Of a stretch of 64,000 bases of DNA, positions 1 through 12,300 are shown piece by piece; the stretch's first letter is position 1, and each line of letters starts with the position of its first letter. This stretch comes from Entomortierella parvispora E1425 (Eukaryota; Fungi; Mortierellomycota). The position numbers and the translations under genes are program-made. The stretch covers positions 124,001 through 188,000 of the forward strand of contig BQFW01000011.1 in assembly GCA_020891255.1 (NCBI GenBank), given 5' to 3'. The notes beneath the pieces are model-generated. The model was not told the DNA's origin. It saw only the letters and a list, made by a program, of their open reading frames with translations, and ran no database searches.

Positions 1-12
1 GGACGAAAGCCA

Positions 13-853
13 ATGCTTGTCATTTTCGGTGCATTCGTGGTATTCCGAGTTGACAACAAGCTCAGGGCAGAGCTCGTCAAGAAAAGCATCCTCATCTGGC
101 CGGTCAAGGGTCAATTGCGTGGTCGAGAGGGTGGACGTGCCGCAGACAACGAGCTATGGAAGACTGTTCCTGATTTTTGTCCGAGAGGCGGGTATTGCCC
201 CTGACTACCATGACTACCACGGTAACTTTGATGCGGATCTGTTTGAGCGATTGTTTGAGGCTCTGTGCACAACACTCCATGAAGACTATGGGCCTTGTCA
301 CATTCACATGGATGGCGCCAAGTACCATGTCCGCGAAGAGAATCCAGTACCGAAAGCAAGCTCCTGTGTGAGAGATATCCATTCGTGGTTCGAAAAGAAT
401 GGCATAGAGCTACCAACAAATGACCGGGGCAAGATCAAGTCTAGACTCGAGCTTCTTGAGCACATCAAAGGTCTCAACATCCCCAAGACCTTTGCTTCAT
501 ACCGAATTGCACACGAATACGGACACACCATTTGCAAGACACCTCCGTATCATTGCGAGCTACAGCCGATTGAAATGGTCTGGGGAATGGTCAAGAACCC
601 AATTGCAGCCAATCCTAACTTGGACGAGACTGAGCTGTCACTGCGAAACCGCCTTTTGGGACTCTTCGCTGGCATTCAGGAGTCACAGCTTATTGCTGTT
701 TGGAAAAAGACTGTCCAGGTTGGGAGGGACTATCGGATTCTCTACGAAAGACGACTCGAAAACAATGAAAACTACAGTGAAAGTGACGATGATGACCGCG
801 AATTTGATAGTGACACAGACAACAGTGAAATTTCTAGTGACGAGGAGGCATAG
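13..853 (+). mobile_element. Tc1/mariner-IS630 (DDE_3-type) transposase, catalytic half, one frameshift, probably truncated by the window edge
   Basis: ORF 17..853 has DYHGNFDADLF, IHMDGAKYH and TPPYHCELQPIEMVWG, the usual IS630/Tc1 catalytic motifs. ORF 13..204 joins it if one T is removed from the T5 run at 174-178 (ELWKTVPDF-VREAGIAPDYHDYHG). No TIR recognised. Confidence 0.85.
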
Positions 854-884
854 TATTTTCTATTTTTTTTCAGTACCATTGTTC

Positions 885-3341
885 TCAGTAGACATGACCC
901 CAGTGAGTCCAGTCCATCATGGAACATCGTTTAGAGTCAATGAAGTTTTTAAAATCAGAAGAGAATAGAAAAAAAAAAGGCAGAGGGGTGTGAGAATTTA
1001 GGTTTTGTGAGGTATGGATATTTGTGGCAAGATCTCTATTTAGTGACTGGCCATGGATACGCAGCCCATCCAAGGAACAAACTCTACTCATGGTCACATA
1101 GGCCTGCCGCGAGCAAAAGAGAGAATCCAACGACACCGAGACTCCCCCCAACGTGAGGCCCTGGCACCTATGAACCTGAATTGTATACGCAAGCTGCAGT
1201 GGGAACTGACGACGAGAGCGTCCTCCTTCTGAAAATGGTCCGGAGAACTGTTGCCAATCTGAACAAGGTCCCATCTTTCCGTCTGATGACAATCCGCAGC
1301 CCATCGTATCCGACCACGGTGGCCAACGTCCCGTTGATAACGTTGTGGAGGGCGCTGATATTGGATGCCACAATGACTTTGGCTCCGATAAACACCCGCA
1401 AACCCGTAGCAAGCCTATCTCGATCCAGTTCGAGAACGAGTGGCTGGTCGAGCGACTCTCTGGAGAATCCACCGCCATCAACTCGATCCTGTTTTGGGGT
1501 CTACTTCTTGTGTACACGGCGTTGTTCACTTGGTCCACCTCTGTCCTCCTGGATCTGAGCTCGGTGGCACCCCTTTGTAACGAAACATTGTAGCTGTTTT
1601 TCAGGATCTCCCAGGCATAGTTGTCCTCGTTGTGTCTGGGGCTGTCGCCGAATGATTGCAAAAAGGCAAAGAAAGGGCAGTCCTTGGCTTGACGGCACGA
1701 AGTGGACAGGGTGAGACGCGTAAAAGAATCAAAGTGGCCCGAACAAAAGATCCACTGGTCATGGTCGTCAATGTCCATCATCTCTCCGAGAATGGTGGTC
1801 TGCCTCGATCGTTGGAAGGGTCCCACTTGAGCCAGACCAGCAAAGATGACAAAACGAATGCCTCCAAAGGGCTCCACAACTTCCTGTTGGATGTCGACAC
1901 GTCCGAGATCCCCAAGGCATTGACTGATCTGATCCAGCATCTCTCCCGAGATCATCGAGCCCTCATCGACCACAAAGAGGGGCTTTTCCCCTTGGGTCCT
2001 GATCCTCAAAAGGCTCGGGATAAAGGCCTCCACATTCCCAGACTGACCAGTAGGACGGGCCCCAGAGACGCCGAAAAAGTGATGCAGCGTCAATTCCCCG
2101 ACATTTAACGCAACGACGCTCGTTGTCGATGCCCTGAGACGACGACACAGCTCCTTCAACACGGCCGACTTTCCTGTGCCAGTTGTGCCCGTGATGAAAT
2201 AGAGCCCAGATTGATCCATGGTCAGTCTTAGCACTTGCTCCTGCTCCACAATGAGCTAGAACCCAAGACCCTGGTCCTGTCGCCCCACCCCCTCGTCCGA
2301 ATCCGGATCCAAAAGGCCTCAAGGCAGCATTGGCAGGGTCTCCTCCAAGATTTCCAGGCCCAGTAAGGCGATCGCGAGCTCAAACATTGGCTCGTACCCA
2401 GAGACCTCCAACCACTCATCACAATCAACCCTCGTAGGCACCTTCAACATCAACAGGTGAACAGGCCTTCCCCACAGAGGACAAGGGGATGCGCCGGACT
2501 CTTGTGATCGTGCCCCGACTGCCTTGTACTTGCGACGAACTGTCCTGACTTTGAATAGAATCGTCCTTGGATAATTTTCTTCGTCATACGGTGGCAAGGT
2601 GGTCGCTTTCGGTCCAAATATTGCTGGTACTGCACATAAAACTCTTCATAGGTCAGATCGTTTGGGATCCCTACCAACGGGCCGGTTCGAGTACTTGACC
2701 CAAAGCCCATCCGGAAAGATGTTGTCAGATTCGTCCTCCTCTGCCGCCAAGTCTGCCGCCGTTCTTAACATCCCTTCGCCGGTCTTTGTCGTGCGCAGGC
2801 AAGTACACGGCCGAACGACTGAGATGTGACAGCGAGAATCCCAGTAGATCCATGCAGATTTCGGGCAGGCACAAATAGTTGTAGTATAATACTAGATGGG
2901 CAAAAGAGATAGGAGTGTGCGCCATCTCAACATGTCAGTAGTTTTCTTGATTCAAAAAAAAAAAAAAAAAAAAAAAAAAACTAACCAGCACTTACCCGAC
3001 TTTCCATACTGGTCCCCCAGTCTCTGTATGTTTTGAGGCGGGGGCTGCTCCGGATCCGCCGGCATTTCTCTAGGGATGCCCTCGGAAAGACTGGATACCT
3101 TTGACATGTACTTGTGCAGATAGTCAATAGAGATCCCTTGTTCAGTTGAATATCAATGTTGGAGCGACAGATCTTCAAGATATCGGGAGTAGGCGTTCAT
3201 ATACACGTCCTCCTGAAGACCACTTTTATAGTCTCCTGATCTTGTCAGGACAACCATGGGGAGGCTCGACCACGATGTCGCAGCAATTACGATTTCAGGA
3301 AGATCTATATACCTAAAATCGCATTTGCTGCAGAATAGCAA
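885..3341 (-). mobile_element. Degenerate Helitron RepHel 3' half (HUH Rep motif region plus Pif1 helicase), multiple frameshifts
   Basis: Across frames: MNAYS..ILKICRSNIDIQ and SIDYLHKYMSK (~3095-3215; Rep N-x-D-I-Q and Y-x-x-KY-x-x-K), intron 2892..2995, LLMLKVP...FELAIALLGL, Walker A GTTGTGKS, VVDEGSMI, FGGIRFV, FIGAKVIVASN...NGT (frame-shifted, 1168..1401) and RQFPLQLAYTIQVHRCQGLTL...QAYVTMSRV. Confidence 0.8.
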
Positions 3342-3617
3342 GTACTTTAAAGGTAGATAGATGATAGATGTTCATTTTCATTTCGCGCGAAGAAATTCGC
3401 AAATAATGTCATGGCACGCTTGCATGCCCAGCCCAACATGGGAATGTATCCAGAGTTAGGGTCACTGCTTGTCTCTGACGATGGGTGTTTGATCGATCTA
3501 GGATGAGAAGGGTGTGCTCGACCACTTGCTTCAATGAATGTGATGTAGTTTTAATAAATGATATGTCATGCTATTGCACTATGATACAGGGGAGGACTTT
3601 GCTTAGCCAGGGGCTAT

Positions 3618-5576
3618 TCAATTCTTCTCATCAACAGTGTGCTCCTCATCGATGGACTGCACCTTCCCATCGCGCTCCTCCATATCTTCTTTGGTGGTCT
3701 CCTCACCACCAAACTTGGTGTCCTGGGCATCGTGGGAAAGAGAGAGATCAACCTTCTTCATCATTAAAGTGAAGATACCGGCAATAACAACAAGAGAGGC
3801 GGAGATGATGGAGAGAATCTTTTGTGAATCGGCATAGGCGGCGACAACCTGCGAGTATGTAGGCTCAGGAAGAGCCAGGATGTACTCTGCGTTGTTCATA
3901 GCCCTGAGTTCATCGTACTCACCCTCAATGTGATACCTGAGTCGCTTTGGCAGCACCTGGGTCCAGACACTGCCCGCTACGGCTGAGCCAATCGCACCAA
4001 TAATTGAACCCATCATCAAGTTGACGCCGATGGCCATGGCATAGTCCCGACGATGGACAGAGCCAGTGATAGAAACGGTGGCGGCAATAGATGTGATTCC
4101 GTCACCGAGACCGACAACAGCTTGGGAGATGGCAACAAAAAAATCCGACGTGCCAGGCAAACGGGCAGGAATCATAACAACGGTACCAATGGTCTGAATG
4201 ATGAGGCCAATCCAGATGAACCGGCGAGTGGTCAGGAACTTTCTCATCAGGAAGCCGGTGATCAACGCAGAGACGTAGTAGGCCATTTGATATCCACGAG
4301 CAAGCAAAAAGGCCCTTGAAAACTCAATCTTGCGTGTGATGACAAGATAGTTGTAGAAGTATGTATAGTTCATGGAAACCATCAAACTACTAACAACACT
4401 GCCACAGATGGCACCCATAACAGTACGGTCAGACCAGATTCGCTTTGGTAGCATGGGCTTGGTGGTATATCTGGCGTTCCATACCAGCAGAACGATCAAA
4501 ACCACAGCACCTGTGCAAAGACAACCAAGGATGACAGGATTCTTGAAGTTGTCCTTGTAGGTGCTTGCCGTGATCAATGGGAAGAAGATCAATGACAACG
4601 TGGCTGTCAGGATAATGGCGCCGACGAAATCAAATTGCTTCCAAAGCCAGCCGAGAGTGCGGCGAGGACGTTCTCCGAGCGCCTTTTCACCCTTGCGTTG
4701 GAGATACCAAAGAGGAGAGATTAAAATTACAGCGCCGGCGGCGACAAAGCACGTGCAGAGGGTCATGCCCAAACGCCACTCTTCTTTTGTGGCAAGGTAA
4801 CCAATGACACTAATGGAGCAAAGCAAATCCAGAAGGATTAGAAGGTGTCAGATACCAGCCACTGTCATGATCAAGAAGCAAAGAAAACATTCCAATCAAG
4901 CAAGGAAGACTATAACGTACGCTTGGCCAACCCAGATGTTGATGAGATGGCAGAGATCCATTCCAGAGATGAAGATTGCGCGGTTTTTGAGCGGGATAAC
5001 ATCTATTGATAAAGGGCGAAGACAAGTAAGTGTTAGGAGGATGTTGTGCTTCCGGTGATTAGTGCATTTATCTCCCCACATCACGCCATAGTCGTCATAG
5101 GCTTCCCAACAAATGCAAGAAATCGAGGTCAAGTCAATCCGCTTACCAGCAATAATAACAGACTGCAGGCAACTATAGCCGGTGGATCCAAGACTGGCAA
5201 CGAGTCCGCCGATAGTCAATTGTTGGAAATCGTTCGAAGTTGTCTGAACAATGTAGCCAACGACTTGGAGCGTCAACGCGATGGTTATAATCTCGGCACG
5301 ACCGATGACGTCCGAGAACTTTGCGTAGAAAGGGACCAGAATAATCGTCAAGACGTTTTGGATTGTAGGGGCAATGGCGGCCAAGGACGAAGAGTTGAAA
5401 ACATACATGGGGACATTGATGATCATGTAGTTCAGGTTGTAGTTGACAGAAAATAGGTAGGATGCGACTGTGACACACACCAGAAGGACGATAAACTCCT
5501 TTTTGGTCCATCTGGTGCGATCGAGGGCCCTGCCAGACCAACTCTCCTCCTCGAGGATCTCTTTTTGAGTAGACAT
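3618..5576 (-). CDS. MFS siderophore-iron transporter (SIT/ARN/MirB/Str family), 3 exons, ~567 aa
   Basis: Exons 5576..5147, 5002..4921 and 4809..3618 total 1704 nt in frame, with GT-AG introns 5146..5003 and 4920..4810. Many hydrophobic helices; FYAKFSDVIGRAE motif typical of the SIT family. Confidence 0.85.
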
Positions 5577-5757
5577 TATGAAGGACCAACTGTGAAGGAG
5601 GAGTAGAGAGGAGTGCGGAAAAGTAAAAGCAAGTGGAAGAGGGAGGAGGTGGGGAGGAGAAGGAGGAAAGGGCGAGAAGGAGGGAAGAAAGAGGAGGGGA
5701 AAAAGAGCAGGAGGAGGAATGAAGAGGGGAGAACTCCTCCAGTTCCCGTTTTTACAG

Positions 5758-6220
5758 ATCTGATAAGTCTAAAACGGCGGAACATTAGCCCTGAACCAGA
5801 TCCGCGGCCAATGACGTGTGATCGGGTGAAGAAAATCAAAGAAATCCAGGAAATGAAAGAAAGGCAAGCGTGCTGTGGCCATTTATCCCTGGGTCCTACA
5901 ACATGCTATACCCCAGGGTCCGACATCATGCTGTTCCCCAGGGTCCGACAACCTCCAGCTGTCAATCTGATACGGCGTTCAAGGAAACAGTCTGCGAATA
6001 AGTAAGTGGCCATGCATGCAAACATAACAGGACATCTTCAAGTGCTACACTATGAGGGGAAGAGAGACAGATTTTGCAAAAGGAAGGACCAACGATCCTG
6101 GTAAACACATCCTCAGCATCCTCAACATCCTTGGCCAACGCAGGCCGCGAGGTTGTGCTGTTTTGGCTGGATTTCCCCAATCTGATAACAAAGAAATTGT
6201 TTGTTGACAAGATCTGATAT
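5758..6220. promoter_or_regulatory. Cluster of four extended GATA boxes (ATCTGATA[A/C/T]), putative SreA/Urbs1/Fep1-type iron-repressor sites
   Basis: ATCTGATAA 5758-5766, ATCTGATAC 5965-5973, ATCTGATAA 6180-6188 and ATCTGATAT 6212-6220, all 180-650 bp upstream of the SIT start codon. They match the known ATCWGATAA consensus. Confidence 0.7.
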
Positions 6221-9200
6221 ATGAAACGAAAACCTTGACAAGTCAAGCACCCTGTCGCCCGCTTGCGGGAATGAAAAATGTTTCAAACATCGAGACATTC
6301 ACCCACAACGCCATTGTGCGCCACAACCGACAGTGACTGCCGATTCGCGCTCCGCACTCTCTCTCCAAAGAGAGACGTCTCACGAGTGCGCCATGGTGGA
6401 TTGATACGACACCAAGTGGACGAAGCTCTCGCGAGGGGTTATAAAGCTCGTGTTCGCACAATCTCTTTCAGCAGAGGACGGCAAGACATTTGAAGGTAAC
6501 GAAAGAGTACACTATACACTGTTGCCTTCCAAGTCTCAGCGGAGAGGAGAAGGTCTTCAACGTGGCTTGCACCATCAAAGTTAAAACCGCGGCAGGACAG
6601 GCATGAGCCACATGGAAGTTTCCACTCGTTCTTCAACTTTTTGAAGGTGCGCCAACTACAGTCCAGGGGCATCTCGTGTGTGGCACGCACATCATTCGAG
6701 TTGGACTTTGACTTGGTAAAAGCGACTCGTTCTTTTGTCCAGTTGTCTTTTGGGGTTGTGGTGACAGCAAAGCCCGTGTCTGAAGGAGAAGGGCGGAATT
6801 GTAAACTAAACAGTCAGAGGCATGAAATGCAATGGCAATTCATGAACTCATGCATTGAAATGAGGGGAAATGGCATTGGGATGCTCCCATCAATCTAAGC
6901 ATGGGCGTGTGGAAGGAAATGGAAACGGGGTATACGAACGTCAATGAAAATTGTAAGAGACATTTATTCACTTTTTGCGCAGCGTTTGCATAGCTCCCCT
7001 TGACCTCTTCCAGCTGCAATTCACAATAAACCTCGCTCTTCTCTCTATCTCTTGCTACTGCCTTGTCTGTTCGTGACACCATTGATATTGCTGGCATTGC
7101 TCCCTGGCCCAGCAATGATCAGGATGCCCATTGGAGAGGATGGACGGAGAATGGAGCCTAGCGTGATAAGAACGGAGAGCCCTCAAACTCTTTTGCTCCA
7201 ACCATGGTCTTCAATGGAAGGCTACGAGTGAAATGAGCTTACAGGAACCTTAGAGGTGGTGTTTGTGCGATTAGAGCGAAATGGAGTGATGGTTGAGGAC
7301 ATGCAGATGGAGGAATGAATAGAACATAGGACGATGAGGATGGTAAGGGTGAGATGATGGGGGGTGAGATGGAGATGAAAGAATGTGACGATAGGATAGA
7401 GAGGAGGGACAGGAGGAGAGGATAGGAAGAGAGGATAGGAGGAGAGGATATGCCGCACGGCTGTAGGAAGGAGGAGAGGACAGGAGAGGATGAGCAACTC
7501 AAAGAGGAAGCATTGTCCAGCTGGACATGTCGTTGCCTAATCTGGAAACACTGTTCCAATGGACACGGCTCTTGTGTCAACTCTGCGTCGTTTGAGAGAG
7601 CCACATCGATTGCTAAAGAGCAGGAAAAAGGCCCGCGGAGATGGGCGGATGGGGGTGCTAGGAGTATGTGCTGAAGTAAGAAAAGGAGGGAAGGGGCTGT
7701 GGGATTGACGTGTGGAAGATGCCTTCGAGTGGGATGCCCTAGATCTCTTTGTTTCGTATCCGGAATTGGAGTTGGACAAAGAGTGGGTAGAGGGATGACA
7801 CTCGCCAGGCCAGTTTGTTCCAGCGGGGCTGGAATGCACCGATTGTGTCGAGAGGCGTTGTCAGGGCGGCGACGATGTGGCGAGGACAAGGTTCACCAAC
7901 TTCCACCTCTGCCAGGCCGAGACAAAAAATCTGCGAGAGGGAACATACACAGCGATACAGCGGGCCAATCTAAACACCGCTTGGCGTGCGGGATTGCGAG
8001 GATCAGCAAGGTGCATCTCTTTGTCTTGTGTGGAATTTGGACAGCATGAAGGATTATGGTCCGGATCGAATTGGGGGCCTTATCTGGACAGGTCCTTCAA
8101 GAGTGGAAGAGTAGATCAGCAAGGATGGGCGTAAGAGGAGAGCATCGCATCTTTTGGGGTTTGGCAGATGTTCAGCACAGTAGGTACTGTACATGTACAT
8201 AGACGATGTAGCGATGTAGCGCCAACCGCAGCACACACATCAAACAAACAAAAAAGGTTTACCTTAGCTGTCGATCTATGCTTGTGTTGTTGTCCTGTCG
8301 ATTTTTTTGTGTCATCGCTCATCCTGTCACCCCTTGCCAGTCGTTTGCCATTTCCCCCTTAATTTTCTGATTCGAAAAGTTCATCTTCACAACCCACAAC
8401 AAGAGACGGTCAAAAGTATGAAAAACGGGCGGAGGAGGAGGGGGGAACAGCGGGAGGAAGCGCTTTTGAAAATACCTGTCGGGTAAGAGTTAGGGGATGG
8501 ACGTGTGGCAAAGATGGAAGGACGACATCTCATCTCCACGTGCCGGCTTCGATTTTTTTTTTTGGCCTCGAGGCTGTGAAAGATAAAGATTTTTCATTCT
8601 CCGAAGACGGAAAGATCTTATGTCCACTTGGACTCTGCATCTGGGCGTTCACGCTGAACTTTGAACACCCGAATCATAACCCCAGGTGAAAGGAGAGCCA
8701 AACAGAGGACGAGAAAAAAAAAGCCTCAAATCCGAAGCGCCGCTCTCCCTTTCGTTCGGACGGAGGGCCGGTATAAAAGCGCCCTTGACCTCCTCTTTCT
8801 TTCATTCTGCACCCCTCCCCTCCTCACTTTCTTGAACCGTTCATCTCTTCCACCCGACAGTTGTTCTCACCTACACCTGTCTGACACACCAAGCGACGAA
8901 CCAACTCATACACCTCACCCTAAATTTATCCAAGAATTGGCGTCTGCCTGCCCCCCTATTCCCTCCTCGTCGTTCGGTAAAATCACCGCTCCGTCAGCGT
9001 CTTTCAATCCACGCCACCAGTCCAACAGCTGTCCCATACCTTACACTAACCTGTGTGTTTGTCCTTTTTTTTTGTGCCTTCTGTAGCAGCGGCGAATATC
9101 GAGTACCGAAACTGCAAATCGGCGCTTCTCTGCTTGATCCAGGTACAGCAACGTTTCTATAACTCATCAGGAATGCCTTCATCTTCCTTCCCATGGCCTT

Positions 9201-9309
9201 TGTCTGATCTTTCCCCTCCACTATCTCTTGATCCATCCGAATATAGTCTTCCCCTAAGCCACCCTAAGTTTTCCCCAGTCGCCAGTAATATCCTCCGACC
9301 ATTGTCGCA

Positions 9310-12300
9310 ATGTCCTCCAACAAAGTCAACAAAAAAATCGAGGCCCTCAAGGCCCACCATGGCGTCGTCTATGAGAACGCCAACTCTGTCTACTCTGTCG
9401 CTTCCATCTTCCCACCCGGCTCTGAATTCGAGGGTCTCTTGCCTTTGAATGATGAGCAGGCTGCGCGAAGCCAGGAAAAATATGGCAAGAATGTCATCTC
9501 CTTTGGAGAAGACCTTACTTGGTACAGGATCCTTTTCCATGCCTCTGTCCACCCTTTCAACATCTTGCTTGTTGTCCTTGCCGCCGGCACTATCGCTACT
9601 GGAAGTCTCAGTGGAGGTGTCATCATGTTTGTGATGGTCTTCATCTCCACTGTTCTGCGTTTCTGGCAGGAATGGAAGTCTGCTTCGGCTGCTCAGGCCC
9701 TCAAGTCGATGGTGTCCACTTTGATCACTGTTACCCGCCTGTACTCTGCCCCTGAGGGCCGCGACCCTACCCCCGAGGATGTGGCCCGTATTGTCAACAA
9801 CACCACCGTTCAAATGGATATTACTATTGAGGATGTTGCCCCTGGCGACTGGGTCCAACTCTCGGCTGGTGATCTCATTCCCGCTGATGTCAGGGTTCTC
9901 GAGTCCAAGGATTTGTTTGTCTCTCAAGCGGCCCTCACTGGTGAAGCCATGCCCGTTGAAAAGTTCAGTTCTTCGTCGGAGGCCATGGCTCACTGGAGTG
10001 GTGACAAACAAAACTCTTACGATGATATGGCCAAGGAGGCTGTTCCTATGGATGCCACTGCCACTATCATGGAGAAGGAATCCGTCAAGACTCTAGATGC
10101 CACTTCGAAGGCGAAAGCAAAGCCAGAGGCCAAGGGAAAAGCCATGCGTGCTATTTACGCCTGCTTCGGTGTCCGATACTTTGCCCCTGAGGATGAAGTT
10201 GAGGTGACCGATGCTGGCCTCGATCGACCCGATATCTGCTTCATGGGCACCTCGGTTGTCTCTGGCACTGCCACAGTTCTAGTCGAGAAGACTGGCGAGA
10301 ACACCTTCTTTGGATCAATGGCCAAGGAGTTGTCGAAGCGTAAGCCCGAAAATGCCTTCCAGCTGGGAGTTCGTAACATCTCCTGGGTCTTCTTTGGCAT
10401 GATGTTTGTCTTGATCCCCCCCGTCCTCCTGATCAATGGTCTGACCACTAAGGGCTGGACGGAAGCAGTCCTCTTTGCATTGTCTGTTGCTGTTGGCCTC
10501 ACTCCAGAGATGCTTCCCATGATTGTCAACTCGAACCTTGCCCGCGGGGCCTGGTTGATGTCCAAGAAGCGCTGCATTGTCAAAAACTTGGATGCAATTA
10601 TCAACCTTGGTTCAATGGATGTTCTCTGCACTGACAAGACTGGAACTTTGACCGACAACAGGGTTGTTCTTGTTCGTCATCTTGATTTCATGGGCAATGC
10701 CTCCATGCGCTCTTTGCAGTTTGCCTTCCTGAACTCTCGCTTCCAGACCGGTCTTAAGAACTTGCTTGATGTTGCCGTGGTTGAATATTTTGAGAAGACA
10801 GCCTCCGCCTTGCCCATGTACGAGTCCTTGAGTGAAGATGGTCCTGCCGTCGGCTCTGGTTTGACCCCTGCCGCTGTCACCTTCGCCTCTCGCTACCTCA
10901 AGTTGGACGAGATTCCCTTTGACTTTGTCCGTCGCCGCATGTCTGTTATCATCAAGGATCTATCTGACGACCAGACCATGATGGTCTCCAAGGGTGCTGT
11001 CGAGGAGATGTTGCGTATCTGCACCAAGATTGTCCTCCCCCGCCAAGGCTCTGAGAAGCCCAGTTCTGACATCATCATGGGCACCGAGGCCTCTGAAAAC
11101 GTGGCTACTCTTGATCTCTTGGACCGACCTGCCGAGGACCAGATCCAAACTTTGACTCCTGAGATGATCGCGCATTTGATGGAGATGAACAAGGATCTCA
11201 ATGTTGACGGTCTCCGTGTTGTTGCCGTCGCCTACAAGAACATTACATCGGTCAAGGATAACTACGGACTGGTGGATGAATGCGACATGGTCTTTGCCGG
11301 TCTTATTGGTTTCCTCGACCCTCCCAAGGAGTCCAGTGCCCCTGCCATTAAGGAGCTCATGTCTCTTGGGGTCGAAGTCAAGGTCTTGACTGGTGATTCT
11401 GCCGCTGTCTGTCGCAAGGTGTGCCAGCAAATCAATCTTCCTATCAATTCCATTGTCACTACCGACGATTTGATTGGACTGGATGACGAACAGTTGGCTG
11501 CGGTCGCTCTTAAGGCTACCATCTTTGCAAAGTTGACTCCTCTCCAGAAGTCTCAGGTCATCCGTGCTCTGAAGCGTTCTGATCGTGTTGTCGGTTTCCT
11601 TGGCGATGGCATCAACGACGCCCCTGCTCTCTCGGAAGCCGACATTGGAATCTCTGTTGATACTGCCACCGATATTGCCAAGGAGTCAGCTCAAGTCATT
11701 TTGCTGGAGAAGTCACTCACGGTTATTGCCGAAGCCGTCGTCTTGGGTCGGACCACTTATGGAAACACGATGAAGTACATTGTCATGGCCATTTCCTCCA
11801 ACTTTGGAAACGTCTTCTCCATGTTGATCGCCTCTGCCTGGTTGCCTTTCCTACCTATGTTGCCGATCCATATCCTGGTACAGAACTTGATGTATGATCT
11901 CTCGCAGACCACCATCCCTTGGGACAGAATGGATCCCGAGTTCCTGAAGGTTCCTCACCGTTGGAGCATGAAGTCGATTCTGCGCTTCATGGTCTTTATG
12001 GGTCCCTGGTCGTCTCCCTTTGATATCACCACGTTCCTGTTCATGTGGTTCCATTATGGTATCCAGACTATCCATGATGATGTCACCATGTTCCAGACTG
12101 CTTGGTTCATTGAGGGTTCTTTGACTCAGCTTCTGGTCATCCATATCATCCGTACGCCCAAGATTCCTTTCCTTCAGTCCATGGCTGCCTGGCCCATTGT
12201 GGCGAGCTCGATCCTGTTCTCTACCGCAGCCATTGCAATTCCCTACATTCCCTTCTTCCAGGATGTGCTCACTCTCGAACCCCCACCTGGATTGTACTAT

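Noticed and set aside
2955-2980. Poly-A/T runs here and elsewhere (14677, 28741, 31795, 50941) as retroposon tails
   Set aside because: Most of those checked lie inside GT-AG introns. No TSDs or LINE ORFs are adjacent.
3381-3400. GCGAA-GAAA-TTCGC hairpin as the Helitron terminus
   Set aside because: A 5-bp stem is expected by chance, and the Helitron ORF is truncated here, so it is not at a demonstrable end.
6243-7900. Short ORFs and a possible spliced minus-strand gene
   Set aside because: I could not build a consistent model or recognise any family.
9173-9448. Pro-rich upstream ORF overlapping the MgtA start, reminiscent of bacterial mgtL
   Set aside because: Its ATG lies in a probable 5'-UTR intron (donor 9143, acceptor ~9277-9284), and the Pro content follows from the pyrimidine-rich tract.
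9157-12144. Antisense ORFs within the P-type ATPase (for example 9157..10011 and 10960..11430)
   Set aside because: Codon-bias shadows with no recognisable motifs.
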